A DNA stretch of 64,000 bases from Bdellovibrionales bacterium (GCA_965262715.1 OZ253553.1:864001-928000), one strand, 5' to 3'. Positions 9,085 to 19,623 are shown, numbered from the stretch's first letter. A program made the numbers and translations. The notes: generated from the letters alone by a model not told the origin.

Positions 9085-12000
9085 ATGAAAAAAATAATGA
9101 AATTCTTTAGGGTTATAAAAAAACGAAACATAAAAAAGCATTTTTTGTTAAGTTTTAATAATGCCTTTTATCTACTTCTATTGGCTTCACTTTTCTTGTT
9201 ATTAGCTTTTCAAAACTGCGGTTCAAATGTAAGTCAAGCTCCTAACCTGTTTTCTGAACAAACGGTATCTAATGATAAAGGTTATATTATTGCTTATTTA
9301 CCATCAGAAGATGAAAGCATCTCGATAGAAGATTATTTCCTAATTGATAGTGATGTGAAACTAAAGGTTATGAATAGTCATTCTGATTCTGAAGATTTTA
9401 AATGGAAAATCACTAGAGCCTTTGAAACTATTACTGATGGAGAAGAGACAACAACTGAACCAGAATACCAACATAAATTCGAACAATATGGAAGTTACGA
9501 TATTTTTGCTACATCTTATAAAAGCTCTGATTTGTTAACCGTGGCCAGTAAAAGACTTGTGATTGGTGAGGAATGCTCATTAACAGATGTCTTAGAGATA
9601 TTTCTTGAAAGCGGTTCTTTGACTGTTGGACAGACTGCCACTTTTGAATTAAAGAATGCTATAGATTTTTCGAACATCTTATGGAAGGTCACATTACCTT
9701 CTTCAACTGAGGAGACAAACGAAGATGATAGTGAAAGTATTGAATTAGACTTTACCAATGAATCTGCTGGTTCTGTTACTATTGAGGTGTCTGCAGAAGA
9801 TCCTGACAATTCTGATTGCCTCACCTATCGAAAACAAGTTTTGCAAGTGAGCTCTAATTCTAAACCTCATTTTAATCCAATAATTATTAAACATAATGAT
9901 GAAGAAATTGCTGTGATGTTAGAAAGTAATAACATTTATAAGTATTTAAGACCTGAAGGTGGAACTTGGACATTACATACAAATATTCAAAATGCTAATC
10001 AATGTGAACTTCAAATTGATAGTGGCAGTGAGGATGTACTAAATTGCAGTGATGGTGTAATAGACATCACTTCAACTGAAGTCTGTGTAAAAAGTACTAT
10101 AGCAATACAAGCTTCAACCTCTTCTTCTACCACTATAGATAGTCAAACTTCGGCAGATGATATAGTTGAACAGTTTTATTATAATTACTGTCCATCAGAT
10201 GGCAGCTATTGTTATTTTTCCGGACCTTTACCTGGTCCATTAAGTTATCAGACCTGTGACAATTCTATATTAGGCCAAGCTGTTACACGCAATCCATCTT
10301 CAATCGTAAATGGAGAATGTAATAACTCCGTCAAAAATGGTTGTATTCAAGGTACTTTAAATGACATAGATGATTCAGAAACTCATTATCAGTGGCAGTG
10401 TTTAGGTACCAACGATGGCACTGATGCTACAGGTTGCTGCAGTATGGCCATTGATACAGCAGCACCAATAAATGGTGTTTGCGGCGATGACACCATCAGA
10501 AATGGTTGTACTGCTGGGACTCCAGACGACGGCGCAATAGCTGATACAAGTACTCATTATACATGGCATTGTGTTGGCTCAAATGGTGGTGCAACAGCAA
10601 GTTGTACAAAAGCTATACCTCCTGTCAACGGCGTTTGTAATAACAGTCAACAAAATGGTTGTTCTTCGGGCACAGCAAATGATGCAGCTATAGCCGATAC
10701 AAACACTCATTATACATGGCACTGTGAAGGTTCAAATGGAGGCAGCACTGCTACAAATTGTCAAAAAGCAAAATCTGCACCAGTAAACGGCGTTTGTAAT
10801 AACAGTCAACAAAATGGTTGTTCTTCGGGCACAGCAAATGATGCAGCTATAGCCGATACAAACACTCATTATACATGGCACTGTGAAGGTTCAAATGGAG
10901 GCAGCACTGCTACAAATTGTCAAAAAGCAAAATCTGCACCAGTAAACGGTGTTTGTAATAATAATCAAAGAAATAGCTGTTCTTCGGGCACTGCAAACGA
11001 TGGCGCAATAGCCGATACAAATACACATTATACATGGCACTGCGTAGGTGCAAATGGAGGCACTACTGCTACAAATTGTCAAAAAGAGAAACCTGTTAAC
11101 GGTGCTTGTAATAATGCTCAAAGAAATGGCTGTTCTTCGGGCACTGCAAACGATGGCGCAATAGCTGATACAAATACACATTATACATGGCATTGTGTAG
11201 GTGCAAATGGCGGCACTACTGCTACAAACTGTCAAAAGGCAAAACCTGTTAAAGGTATTTGTAATAACAGTCAACAAAATGGTTGTTCTTCCGGCACAGC
11301 AAATGACTCAGCTATAACCGATACAAATACTCATTATACATGGCACTGTGTGGGTAAAAATGGAGGCAGTACTGCTACAAATTGTCAAAAGGCGAAACCT
11401 GCATCAGTAAACGGTGTTTGTAATAACAGTCAGCGAAATGGCTGCTCTGCTGGCAGAGCAAACGACGCCGTAATAGTCGATACAAATACACATTATACAT
11501 GGCACTGTGAAGGTTCAAATGGCGGCACTACAGCACAAAGTTGTCAAAAACTAATGCCTATCCATGGCGTTTGTGATAACAGTAAACAAAATAGCTGCTC
11601 TTCCGGCACTCCAAACGACGGCGTTATTGCAGATACAAATACACATTATACATGGTACTGCATAGGTGCAAATGGCGGCACTACTGCTATAGATTGTCAA
11701 AAGCTGATACCTATCGATGCCGTTTGTGATCAAAGCCAAAGAAATGGTTGCTCTGCTGGGACTGCAAAGGCATTGCCAGATAATACACATTCCACCCTTT
11801 ATCTATGGACTTGTGAAGGTTTGCATGGAGGTGGAAATCAAAGTTGTACTAGATTAAAAAGTATCATCGAAGGAGTTTGTGATAACAGCCAACGAAATGG
11901 CTGCAGCTCTGGGACTCCAGACGATGGCGCAATAAATGATACAGATACACATTATACATGGCTCTGTATGGGTGCAAATGGCGGCGCTACTGCTACAAAT

Positions 12001-12171
12001 TGTCAGATACAGAAAACACCTATCAATGGTTCTTGTAATCTGGGGCAAAGGAATGGTTGCTATTCGGGCACTCCAAAGGCACAGCCAGATGATGAGATAA
12101 ATAACTCTTATGTATGGCTTTGTGAAGGTTCAAATGGCGGCAAAACAGCAAGATGTTTCAAACGAAGATAA
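9085..12171 (+). CDS. Large Cys-rich tandem-repeat surface lipoprotein
   Basis: Hydrophobic signal ending LAFQNC; acidic beta-rich N-terminal region; 12 repeats of about 50 aa with 4 Cys. The exact start is uncertain. Confidence 0.85.
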   Translation: MKKIMKFFRVIKKRNIKKHFLLSFNNAFYLLLLASLFLLLAFQNCGSNVSQAPNLFSEQTVSNDKGYIIAYLPSEDESISIEDYFLIDSDVKLKVMNSHSDSEDFKWKITRAFETITDGEETTTEPEYQHKFEQYGSYDIFATSYKSSDLLTVASKRLVIGEECSLTDVLEIFLESGSLTVGQTATFELKNAIDFSNILWKVTLPSSTEETNEDDSESIELDFTNESAGSVTIEVSAEDPDNSDCLTYRKQVLQVSSNSKPHFNPIIIKHNDEEIAVMLESNNIYKYLRPEGGTWTLHTNIQNANQCELQIDSGSEDVLNCSDGVIDITSTEVCVKSTIAIQASTSSSTTIDSQTSADDIVEQFYYNYCPSDGSYCYFSGPLPGPLSYQTCDNSILGQAVTRNPSSIVNGECNNSVKNGCIQGTLNDIDDSETHYQWQCLGTNDGTDATGCCSMAIDTAAPINGVCGDDTIRNGCTAGTPDDGAIADTSTHYTWHCVGSNGGATASCTKAIPPVNGVCNNSQQNGCSSGTANDAAIADTNTHYTWHCEGSNGGSTATNCQKAKSAPVNGVCNNSQQNGCSSGTANDAAIADTNTHYTWHCEGSNGGSTATNCQKAKSAPVNGVCNNNQRNSCSSGTANDGAIADTNTHYTWHCVGANGGTTATNCQKEKPVNGACNNAQRNGCSSGTANDGAIADTNTHYTWHCVGANGGTTATNCQKAKPVKGICNNSQQNGCSSGTANDSAITDTNTHYTWHCVGKNGGSTATNCQKAKPASVNGVCNNSQRNGCSAGRANDAVIVDTNTHYTWHCEGSNGGTTAQSCQKLMPIHGVCDNSKQNSCSSGTPNDGVIADTNTHYTWYCIGANGGTTAIDCQKLIPIDAVCDQSQRNGCSAGTAKALPDNTHSTLYLWTCEGLHGGGNQSCTRLKSIIEGVCDNSQRNGCSSGTPDDGAINDTDTHYTWLCMGANGGATATNCQIQKTPINGSCNLGQRNGCYSGTPKAQPDDEINNSYVWLCEGSNGGKTARCFKRR
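10306..12160 (+). repeat. 12 coding tandem repeats (VNGxC..NGC..GT...HYTWxCxGxNGG...C)
   Basis: Units 3 and 4 form an exact 159-bp tandem (10627-10949); outer units are more diverged. Confidence 0.92.
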
Positions 12172-12325
12172 CAGTCAACGAAATAGCTGCTCTCAAGCTT
12201 TCCATTCGTGGTATTGAGGAGCTAACTCAATATTCATGGTCAAAAAGCTCTATTTTAAGGGCTTTAAGAGAGCATAAGATCAAAAGTAATATTTATACAT
12301 GAATTTTTAAAAACAGGAGGAAATA

Positions 12326-12500
12326 ATGGAAATATTCATTAAAATGATTATAAATATCTCATTGCTACTTGGATCAGGTTACCCACGCCAAAGAGCTTTT
12401 ATTCGATGTTGAGCAAGTAGCCATGAAGAGAGTCAAAAAAGGACTTTCATCATCAGAAGGCCTTGCTAAAAAACTCACTGGCACAAAGTTACCCTTCTGA
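12326..12500 (+). pseudogene. Small membrane-anchored protein with a single frameshift
   Basis: Strong RBS aggagg; MEIFIKMIINISLLLGSGY continues in a shifted frame as AKELLFDVEQVAMKRVKKGLSSSEGLAKKLTGTKLPF*. Confidence 0.4.
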
Positions 12501-12734
12501 TGACTTAAGAGATAAGAATGGAAATGGAGATAGGTATTGTATTTGCTCCAGCCTTACTACTTGCAGCACAAGCATAGCTTGTAAGAATTGGTGCTGTTTA
12601 TAGCAAAGGCAAGTTCTTCCGCTTAAGCTTTAGCTCGAGGATTACTTGACTTTGCTATAAACATCAAAGCACATCCCTTCAAATAAAATAATTTAATATA
12701 ATCTTTCACAATAATTAAAACTTTGTTGGAATAT

Positions 12735-14051
12735 GGTCTTGTTGCACAAAGATTTAAATAGTTTTTATTTTATTTATTTTTTAAGTAAGATTGTTACTTA
12801 ATATTTTTTTATCAAGCTGAAAGAGAAGAAGGCACAATCATCTGATTAAGGATTTTACATTTAATAAACACTTCATTTGCTTGACGATGAAATTCTCTAG
12901 AAGATAATTTATCACCTAATAAAGTTTTAAATCTATACATAGCTGTTTCTGATATAGACCTCCTGTGATATTTATGTTTTTTTTTCCACTTCTTTCTACC
13001 CATCTTCTTGATTTCTCTAATATAAGTATCTCTAAGAAGCGGCGATCCCCGACAATTTCCATGCCTCTTAATCACAGCATTCTTTCTAGGTGGAGCAACC
13101 AATTTTATACTTCTATCACTTGTAAACTGATAACAATTCTTACAGTCATAAGCCCCATCAACTGAAACTTGGCCTATCTCATCTTCATATCCTGTCAATA
13201 ACTCTTCAAAAACCTCATTATCCTTTACAGAATTATCACTTAAAACAGATGCCTTAATCTGGGAATTTGACTCATCTACCGCTAAATGTAGCTTCTTCCA
13301 TGTCCTTCTCTTAGAATACCCATGCTGACGGACTTTCCACTCTCCCTCCCCATAAACTTTAAGACCTGTGGAATCAATGACAATATGAGGATTCTTGTGA
13401 GAAGATAGCTTTCTTTCTAGTTTTACTGATAACTTCTGTAATCTTCTGCAAAGAGTTGTATAATTAGGTATTTCTATATCAAGACCCATAAGTTCAACTA
13501 GGGATTTAGCAAAACCTTCTGTAGATCGCAATTTTAAACCAAATATGAATCTTAATATATTAAGAGTTTCAATAGCTTTATCAGAGTAAACTTGTTGACC
13601 CCCTTGCTTTGAAGAACATTTTGCATACCAAGATTTGACGATATCTGCTGAAAACCAAAAAGTGATTTGACCTCTATTGACTAGAGACTTATTATAAAGA
13701 CTCCAGTTTATTTTTTTATTTTTACCCATCTCTAGCTCCTTCTGATTTAGTGATTGTGAAAGTTGGGGATGGGTAAATTTTATAATCATTAAAAACAAAA
13801 AATCAAAGTAATAGATATATCAAACTCATAAAAGATCTTATTGCATAAAAATTTAAGAATGAGATTTGTGAAAGACTTCTGAAATAGGACTAGGCTAGCG
13901 GCTTAGGGTAAATATCTCTTAAACTATTTTATTCTATAATAAAATCTTAAAATAATAGCAATACAAGGCACGGGGGCCCTCTAAGGACTATGGAAGATGC
14001 CTTTCACAAATCTCTGGCTTATAAACTAAATGATGTTTGTGCAACAAGGCC
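12735..14051 (-). mobile_element. IS5 family, IS903 group, copy 1 (1317 bp)
   Basis: TIR ggtcttgttgcacaaa / tttgtgcaacaaggcc; 9-bp TSD ttggaatat (12726-12734, 14052-14060). Confidence 0.95.
12812..13729 (-). CDS. IS903-group transposase (305 aa from MGKNKK)
   Basis: NWSLYNKSLVNRG, IDSTGLKVYGEGEW, RRTWKKLHLAVD, DGAYD, YHRRSISET; RBS aaggag before this ATG. Confidence 0.93.
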   Translation of the reverse strand: MGKNKKINWSLYNKSLVNRGQITFWFSADIVKSWYAKCSSKQGGQQVYSDKAIETLNILRFIFGLKLRSTEGFAKSLVELMGLDIEIPNYTTLCRRLQKLSVKLERKLSSHKNPHIVIDSTGLKVYGEGEWKVRQHGYSKRRTWKKLHLAVDESNSQIKASVLSDNSVKDNEVFEELLTGYEDEIGQVSVDGAYDCKNCYQFTSDRSIKLVAPPRKNAVIKRHGNCRGSPLLRDTYIREIKKMGRKKWKKKHKYHRRSISETAMYRFKTLLGDKLSSREFHRQANEVFIKCKILNQMIVPSSLSA

Positions 14052-14340
14052 TTGGAATATTAATCTTAAAATGATATAACTTTTAAAAATATCTATAAAC
14101 ACAAAAGAGTTGCACTTGCAGTTTGAAGTTACGATTTAATGTTTTTACAAGTTTTTTCACTTAATTTTTCTTTTCAAAAAAAATATAATATGCTAATCTT
14201 TTTTCAAGTTAGGTATGCTTAGTTTAAGAAATACTTTTTTTGTGTTATTTTTTTAATAAATAGTTGTGTCAGAAACTATATTTGTGAACTAAATTCACTA
14301 CTAGATATGAGATGAAAAACCAGAACTAAAAAAGGATTTA

Positions 14341-16008
14341 ATGATGCGCTCTCATAAAATTACTTTATTTTGCCTTATTTTATTATTATCAAAAAATCTG
14401 CTAGCTGTTCCATCAACCTCTCAAAAGGTTATGATTTCTTCAGAATCTCTTGGAGCCATCTTGGCGGGTCAAACTATAGCTAGACAAGGAGGAAATGTTG
14501 TAGATATTGCAGTAGCAAGCGCGCTGGCTATGTCAGTGGAGCTGCCACAAAGTGCTTCTTTAGGTGGTGGAGGGTTTGCTCTCATTAAAATAGGCTCTCA
14601 AGTTGATGTGTTAGATTATAGAGAAGTAGCACCTAATGCCACTTCTCCAGACTTTTATAAAACAAAACCTAAAACAGCTTCTATTGATGGAGCTCATGCT
14701 ATAGGTGTCCCAGGAGTTGTAGCGGGATTATATGCTTTACACAAAAAATACGGTCGATTAAAGTGGAAGAGACTTTTTAAACCAGCCCTTCAAATTGCAA
14801 GAAAAGGCTTTATTATTTCTACAGAAATGCATGAAATCATTAAATCAAATGCAGCACGTTTTTCAACCGCTGGGCACACTCTTCTAATGAATAAAAAGCA
14901 GGCTAAAAGACCTGGAGATACCATAAAGTATCGAGGTATGTATGCTGCCCTCAAGAAAATCCGCAGAAAAGGAGATAGAGGCTTCTATGAGGGTCCAATA
15001 GCTAAAGATATTATCAATACTATCACATCTTTAGGTGGTGTGATGACTCTTGAAGATTTGTTAAACTATAAAGTGCGTTGGCTAAAACCAATTACTTTAG
15101 ATTTTAAAGGTTATAAAGTCTATTCTATGCCTCTTCCTAGCACAGGCGGTATTGTGCTTGCATCAGCCCTACGTCTTACTCAAAAGCTTAACCTCAATGA
15201 ATACTCTGCTTTTTCTAGTACGGAAGCTCATTTAATAGCAGAAATTTTAGCTCGTGCTTTTAGGGGACGATCTCTCCTGGGAGACTCTGACTTTTTTAAA
15301 GATAGTCCTCATGAAATGCTTTTATCAAATAAATATCTTGAAGATTTAGGTAAAACAATTGAGCTTAAAAAAACCTTAGCTTTACCTCCTCTTATCATTC
15401 CTAAAAAGAAGACTTCACAACAAAAGGAAAGCAATCAAACTACACATTTAGCTGTTATAGATCACCAAGGAAATGCTGTATCCCTCACAACAACTTTAAA
15501 TGGGAACTTTGGATCTGGTGTCTTTAGTCAAAAATTTGGTATTTCACTGAATAATGAAATGGATGATTTTACAACAAGACATGGTCAGCCTAATATGTTC
15601 GGACTTATACAAGGTTTAGGTAACAAGGTAGAACCAGGTAAAAGACCTTTAAGTTCTATGAGTCCTACTATTATCACAAAAGATGGAAAAGCCGTTTTAG
15701 CCTTAGGAGCAAGAGGGGGTCCTCGAATTATCAGTGCTGTTTTTCAAGTGATCTATCGTGTTTTAGTCAATGAATTTGATATAGATCTTGCGGTGCAATC
15801 TCCTAGAATACATCATCAATTTTTACCTCATGTTATTTTTCATGATCCTCATCGTATCAGCAAAGATGTTCTAGATAATTTAAAAAGGAAAGGACATAAA
15901 TTAAAACCTGGATCAATAGGAAAAGTTATTGCTGTGGGTAGAAGAAAGGACAATATTCTTGTAGGAACTTTTGATGCAAGAGGGGTAGGGAAAGCTGCTG
16001 GTTTGTAA
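14341..16008 (+). CDS. ggt: Gamma-glutamyltransferase
   Basis: Signal peptide; SLGGGGF, DYREVAP, TTH autocleavage site, LNNEMDDF, PGKRPLSSMSP. Confidence 0.95.
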   Translation: MMRSHKITLFCLILLLSKNLLAVPSTSQKVMISSESLGAILAGQTIARQGGNVVDIAVASALAMSVELPQSASLGGGGFALIKIGSQVDVLDYREVAPNATSPDFYKTKPKTASIDGAHAIGVPGVVAGLYALHKKYGRLKWKRLFKPALQIARKGFIISTEMHEIIKSNAARFSTAGHTLLMNKKQAKRPGDTIKYRGMYAALKKIRRKGDRGFYEGPIAKDIINTITSLGGVMTLEDLLNYKVRWLKPITLDFKGYKVYSMPLPSTGGIVLASALRLTQKLNLNEYSAFSSTEAHLIAEILARAFRGRSLLGDSDFFKDSPHEMLLSNKYLEDLGKTIELKKTLALPPLIIPKKKTSQQKESNQTTHLAVIDHQGNAVSLTTTLNGNFGSGVFSQKFGISLNNEMDDFTTRHGQPNMFGLIQGLGNKVEPGKRPLSSMSPTIITKDGKAVLALGARGGPRIISAVFQVIYRVLVNEFDIDLAVQSPRIHHQFLPHVIFHDPHRISKDVLDNLKRKGHKLKPGSIGKVIAVGRRKDNILVGTFDARGVGKAAGL

Positions 16009-16113
16009 ATTCTAATAAGGTAATCATAATAGTTTCTAAGATACTTTAATTATTAGAAGCTTATCTTACAAAGTGCTAGTTCTATTATTTGAGCTTACCT
16101 TAATGTAATGATC

Positions 16114-16247
16114 TAGTTATAGCAGGCATCCCCCGTGCCTTGTATCTCTGTTATTTTAAAAGTCTATTATAGAATAAAATATTTTATATAAGCCTTGTCT
16201 CATAAGGTACTGGCCTAGGCTTATTCCAGAAGCCCACCATAACTCTA
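16114..16247. repeat. Solo copy of the cassette found inside IS903 ends and MITEs
   Basis: cccccgtgccttgta...tattatagaataaaata...cctagg...ttccagaag matches 55905-56010 and the reverse complement of 63567-63675. No IS903 TIRs around it. Confidence 0.7.
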
Positions 16248-16460
16248 TCTCAATATTGTAAAATGCAAAACTTATTTTGTCAGATCGCTTCTAATTGCTT
16301 TTGTTTGGTTTTTGTATCTTGAATTTGCTTAAAGCTGCTTAGAGTTAGGATTATAATGCCTTATCATTTATTTTATTGTGACATGTTTATCGTTGACATG
16401 CTAGTAAAAGCTATGTTAGACCACTTGTTTTGAAATTAAATAAGAAATAGGGAGATAATA

Positions 16461-16673
16461 ATGTTAAATATTGTCAAAAATAATTTCCAAAAGAGCTTTA
16501 TAAGCTTAATCATAATTTTACAATCGACTATGGTTTTTAGTTTTGAAATGACTGATGAAGGCATAAAGAAAGCCATTCAAGATTACTATCTAGATTATAC
16601 TCAAGATAACACTTACCAAGTATTAGCAAGATTAGATTTAGGTATAGATCAAGATGACTTTTCTAACCCCTAA
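16461..16673 (+). CDS. Short secreted-type ORF, possibly the 5' fragment of the downstream gene
   Basis: RBS gggag, signal-peptide-like N-terminus, early stop. Confidence 0.4.
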   Translation: MLNIVKNNFQKSFISLIIILQSTMVFSFEMTDEGIKKAIQDYYLDYTQDNTYQVLARLDLGIDQDDFSNP

Positions 16674-16774
16674 TGAGTTTCATAGACAAAAGATGGTTTG
16701 CTGAAGTTATTCATAGTTTATCCATTTAATTTTACTTATATATAATAACTTCTGAAAATGCTTATTTGACAGCT

Positions 16775-16989
16775 TGATGTTTATGGCAAAGGATCGTTCT
16801 TCCGCAGAGCTTTAGCTCGAGGACTACGAGACTTTGCCATAAACATCAAAATACATTCATTCAAATTAAATAATTTACTATAATCTTTCATGATAATTAA
16901 AACTTTGTTGAAATATTAATCTTAAAATGATACAATTTTTAAAAATATCTATAAACACAAAAGTGTTGCACTTGCGATTTGAAGTTACG
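16775..16989 (+). repeat. Palindrome-plus-tail repeat, intact copy
   Basis: Stem ttgatgtttatggcaaag...ctttgccataaacatcaa followed by an AT-rich tail ending gatttgaagttacg. Confidence 0.75.
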
Positions 16990-17009
16990 TAAGTTATAAT
17001 ACTTTAAAG

Positions 17010-17741
17010 ATGAGATTTACAGGTCAATCTATAAATCTAAATGTTAAAGTGCTTTTTGCAAACAACCCCATTAAAGAGACTCCCCATGATGAGACTCTTT
17101 TTTATTCTGGAATTTGTATTCCTTTCACTCGAACAGTTTTTTTAGATCGTGCTTTTTGGAATTATCATAGAAATAATGAAAAAATAAGGGAGTCTTCTTT
17201 GTTTCATGAATTAGCGCATTGTGATTTAAATAGAAAACATAATGATGGTTTTGATGCTAGACAACCTTCTTTTTCATTTATGCATATTGAGAATTTAAAG
17301 ATGTTCAACTTCTCTGAAGATATTAATGAAAGGAAGAATCAGCAATGCTCTCAAGAGTCTATAGAAGAATTTATAAGAAGAGAAAGTTATCCTCCTACAA
17401 GTTGTACTGCAAACCTTGCACTTTATTATTATGAAACCGCTTTAGATAGTGATTTAGATAAAGTCTTTGAAGAAATGTATAAGGAACTCTTTTCAATGCG
17501 AAACACTAGAAGTAGTGTTATAACAGGCCTAGATGTTACTAGATTTTTTTCAAATCAGTGTTTTGTTTCTTACAGATACCAATTTTTTGAATCATTTGAT
17601 ATCCCTCTTCTTAAACATCTAACTGTTGGTTCTACACTTACACCTAATTTTGAAAGTTTTTATATAACGCGGGAAAGAGAGATACGAAAGGGTGAGTTTG
17701 TAGCCCATTCAACCAACTGCAATCGATTATTAGGTATATAA
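17010..17741 (+). CDS. Putative HExxH zinc metallopeptidase-like protein
   Basis: LFHELAHCDLNRKH motif; no signal peptide in this ORF. Confidence 0.6.
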   Translation: MRFTGQSINLNVKVLFANNPIKETPHDETLFYSGICIPFTRTVFLDRAFWNYHRNNEKIRESSLFHELAHCDLNRKHNDGFDARQPSFSFMHIENLKMFNFSEDINERKNQQCSQESIEEFIRRESYPPTSCTANLALYYYETALDSDLDKVFEEMYKELFSMRNTRSSVITGLDVTRFFSNQCFVSYRYQFFESFDIPLLKHLTVGSTLTPNFESFYITREREIRKGEFVAHSTNCNRLLGI

Positions 17742-17869
17742 AGATATAATGATAAAAATGTGCCTACAAACTTAAAGCATTGACTGATTATAAAAAAAAG
17801 GAAATAATTTAAATTCGAGGTTTTGTGTTTTAAACAAAAGCGAGACATGCGGAATGAAGAGGGTATATT

Positions 17870-19579
17870 ATGTCAAGCTCTCATCGAGAGTCTATGGAAG
17901 CAGATGTTGTTATTGTCGGTGGTGGTGTTGCTGGCCTTTCTATGGCTATTCATTTTCAAAATCTCATTTCAAAGTACAATCAACAAAATAATCAAGAGTT
18001 AGAACCCACTATTTTAGTTTTAGAAAAAGGCTCTCAAATAGGAGCTCATAGCTTTTCAGGAGCTGTTTTTAATCCATGTGCTTTAGAATTTTTAGAACCT
18101 CAAGAAATCTCTGATGCGCTCTCTGCTTGTTTAGCTACTCCTGTGCAAAAAGAGGCTGTTTATTATTTAGGTACTCATTATAAAATCAAGTTTCCTTTTG
18201 TGCCTCCTCCTCTTAAAAATAAAGGCCATCATATTATTTCACTTTCATTGCTAAATAAGTGGTTAGGTCAAAAAGCTGAAGAATTAGGAGTTCATATTTT
18301 ACCAGGTTTTGCAGCTACACAAGTACTTTATGAAAATAATAAAGTGGTAGGAATTAGAACAGGAGATCGTGGGAGAGATAAGAAAGGGTTAAAAAAATCT
18401 AATTTTGAAATGGGAATGGATATTAAAGCCAAAGTTACTATTTTTGCAGAAGGTCCTAGAGGGTCTCTTTTTAGGAAATTAGCATCTCACTTACAACTAA
18501 GAAAAGGCAAAGCTCCTGACACTTATTCTGAAGGAGTTAAAGAGATTATTCAAATGCCAAAAGGGAGCACACCTGCAGGTCAAGTTATACATACATTAGG
18601 GTATCCTCTTAAAGAGTCTGTGGGTGGAACTTTCATTTACACTCTAAGTGAAGACCGTATCGTTATAGGTTTGGTTGGATATTTAGGAACACAAGACCCT
18701 CTTTTTGACCCACATAGAGAATTGCAAAAACTTAAAAAACATCCATTTATCTATCAAATGATCAAAGGAGGAGAAGTTGTTGAATATGGTGGAAGAGTTA
18801 TTCCTGCAGGAGGATGGAATTCTATGCCTCAGCTTTATCATGACGGCATGATGGTCATTGGCGACAGCGCGGGTATGGTAGATGACCAAAAGCTCAAAGG
18901 AATTCATTTAGCTATGAAATCAGGGGTTTTAGCTGCACAGACAGCTTTTAAGTCTTTAATAAGCAATGATTTTTCCAAAAAAAGTTTAAAAGGGTATGAA
19001 GACAACGTAATGAAGAGCTATATTAAAAAAGAACTTTATAATGTTCGCAATTTTCATCACACTCTAAATAAAGGGCTTTTTATATCAGCCCCTTTGTTAG
19101 TAATGCAGCAATTGATGAAAGGACGCACATTGATTAAGAGTGTAATAAAGAAAGATTTTAAAACAACAGCTCCTATTTTAGATATTTGGGGTGTGGAAAA
19201 AGAAAAGCATATTGAAAATCAACTACCATCTCCTGATGGAAAGTTATTTTTTGATAAATTATCTAGTGTTTATTTAACAGGAACTGCACATGAAGAAGAT
19301 TCTCCTAACCACTTGTTACTTCAAAATGGCGATATTTGTCAGGATGTTTGTTATGAAAAGTTTAATTCTCCTTGTCACTTTTTTTGTCCTGCCAATGTTT
19401 ATGAGATGATCCCAGAGGAAAAGACAAACCACTTAGGTCAAAAAATAACCAAGAAGAAGCTAAAAATCAATTACACGAATTGTATTCATTGTAAAACTTG
19501 TGATATTAAATGTCCTTTTGACAATATTTTATGGACTCCTCCAGAAGGAGGAGGAGGCCCTAATTATCAGAATACTTAA
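17870..19579 (+). CDS. Electron transfer flavoprotein-ubiquinone oxidoreductase
   Basis: GGGVAG FAD motif, LEKG..GAH..SGA, KGIHLAMKSG, C-terminal FCPANVYE and NCIHCKTCDIKCP [4Fe-4S], PEGGGGP. Confidence 0.95.
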   Translation: MSSSHRESMEADVVIVGGGVAGLSMAIHFQNLISKYNQQNNQELEPTILVLEKGSQIGAHSFSGAVFNPCALEFLEPQEISDALSACLATPVQKEAVYYLGTHYKIKFPFVPPPLKNKGHHIISLSLLNKWLGQKAEELGVHILPGFAATQVLYENNKVVGIRTGDRGRDKKGLKKSNFEMGMDIKAKVTIFAEGPRGSLFRKLASHLQLRKGKAPDTYSEGVKEIIQMPKGSTPAGQVIHTLGYPLKESVGGTFIYTLSEDRIVIGLVGYLGTQDPLFDPHRELQKLKKHPFIYQMIKGGEVVEYGGRVIPAGGWNSMPQLYHDGMMVIGDSAGMVDDQKLKGIHLAMKSGVLAAQTAFKSLISNDFSKKSLKGYEDNVMKSYIKKELYNVRNFHHTLNKGLFISAPLLVMQQLMKGRTLIKSVIKKDFKTTAPILDIWGVEKEKHIENQLPSPDGKLFFDKLSSVYLTGTAHEEDSPNHLLLQNGDICQDVCYEKFNSPCHFFCPANVYEMIPEEKTNHLGQKITKKKLKINYTNCIHCKTCDIKCPFDNILWTPPEGGGGPNYQNT

Positions 19580-19623
19580 AGCAGTCTGAAAAATGCTAGA
19601 TCTACTACTTGAGATTACCTTAG

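Larger units (their letters stand above)
12591..14133 (+). repeat. Palindrome-plus-tail repeat (~220 bp) split by the IS903-like element
   Basis: 12591-12734 plus 14061-14133 is similar to the uninterrupted 16775-16989. Confidence 0.75.

Noticed and set aside
10306..12160. CRISPR array or DGR in the tandem repeats
   Set aside because: The repeats are in-frame coding units of about 150-160 bp without unique spacers, differences are not adenine-specific, and no cas genes are present.
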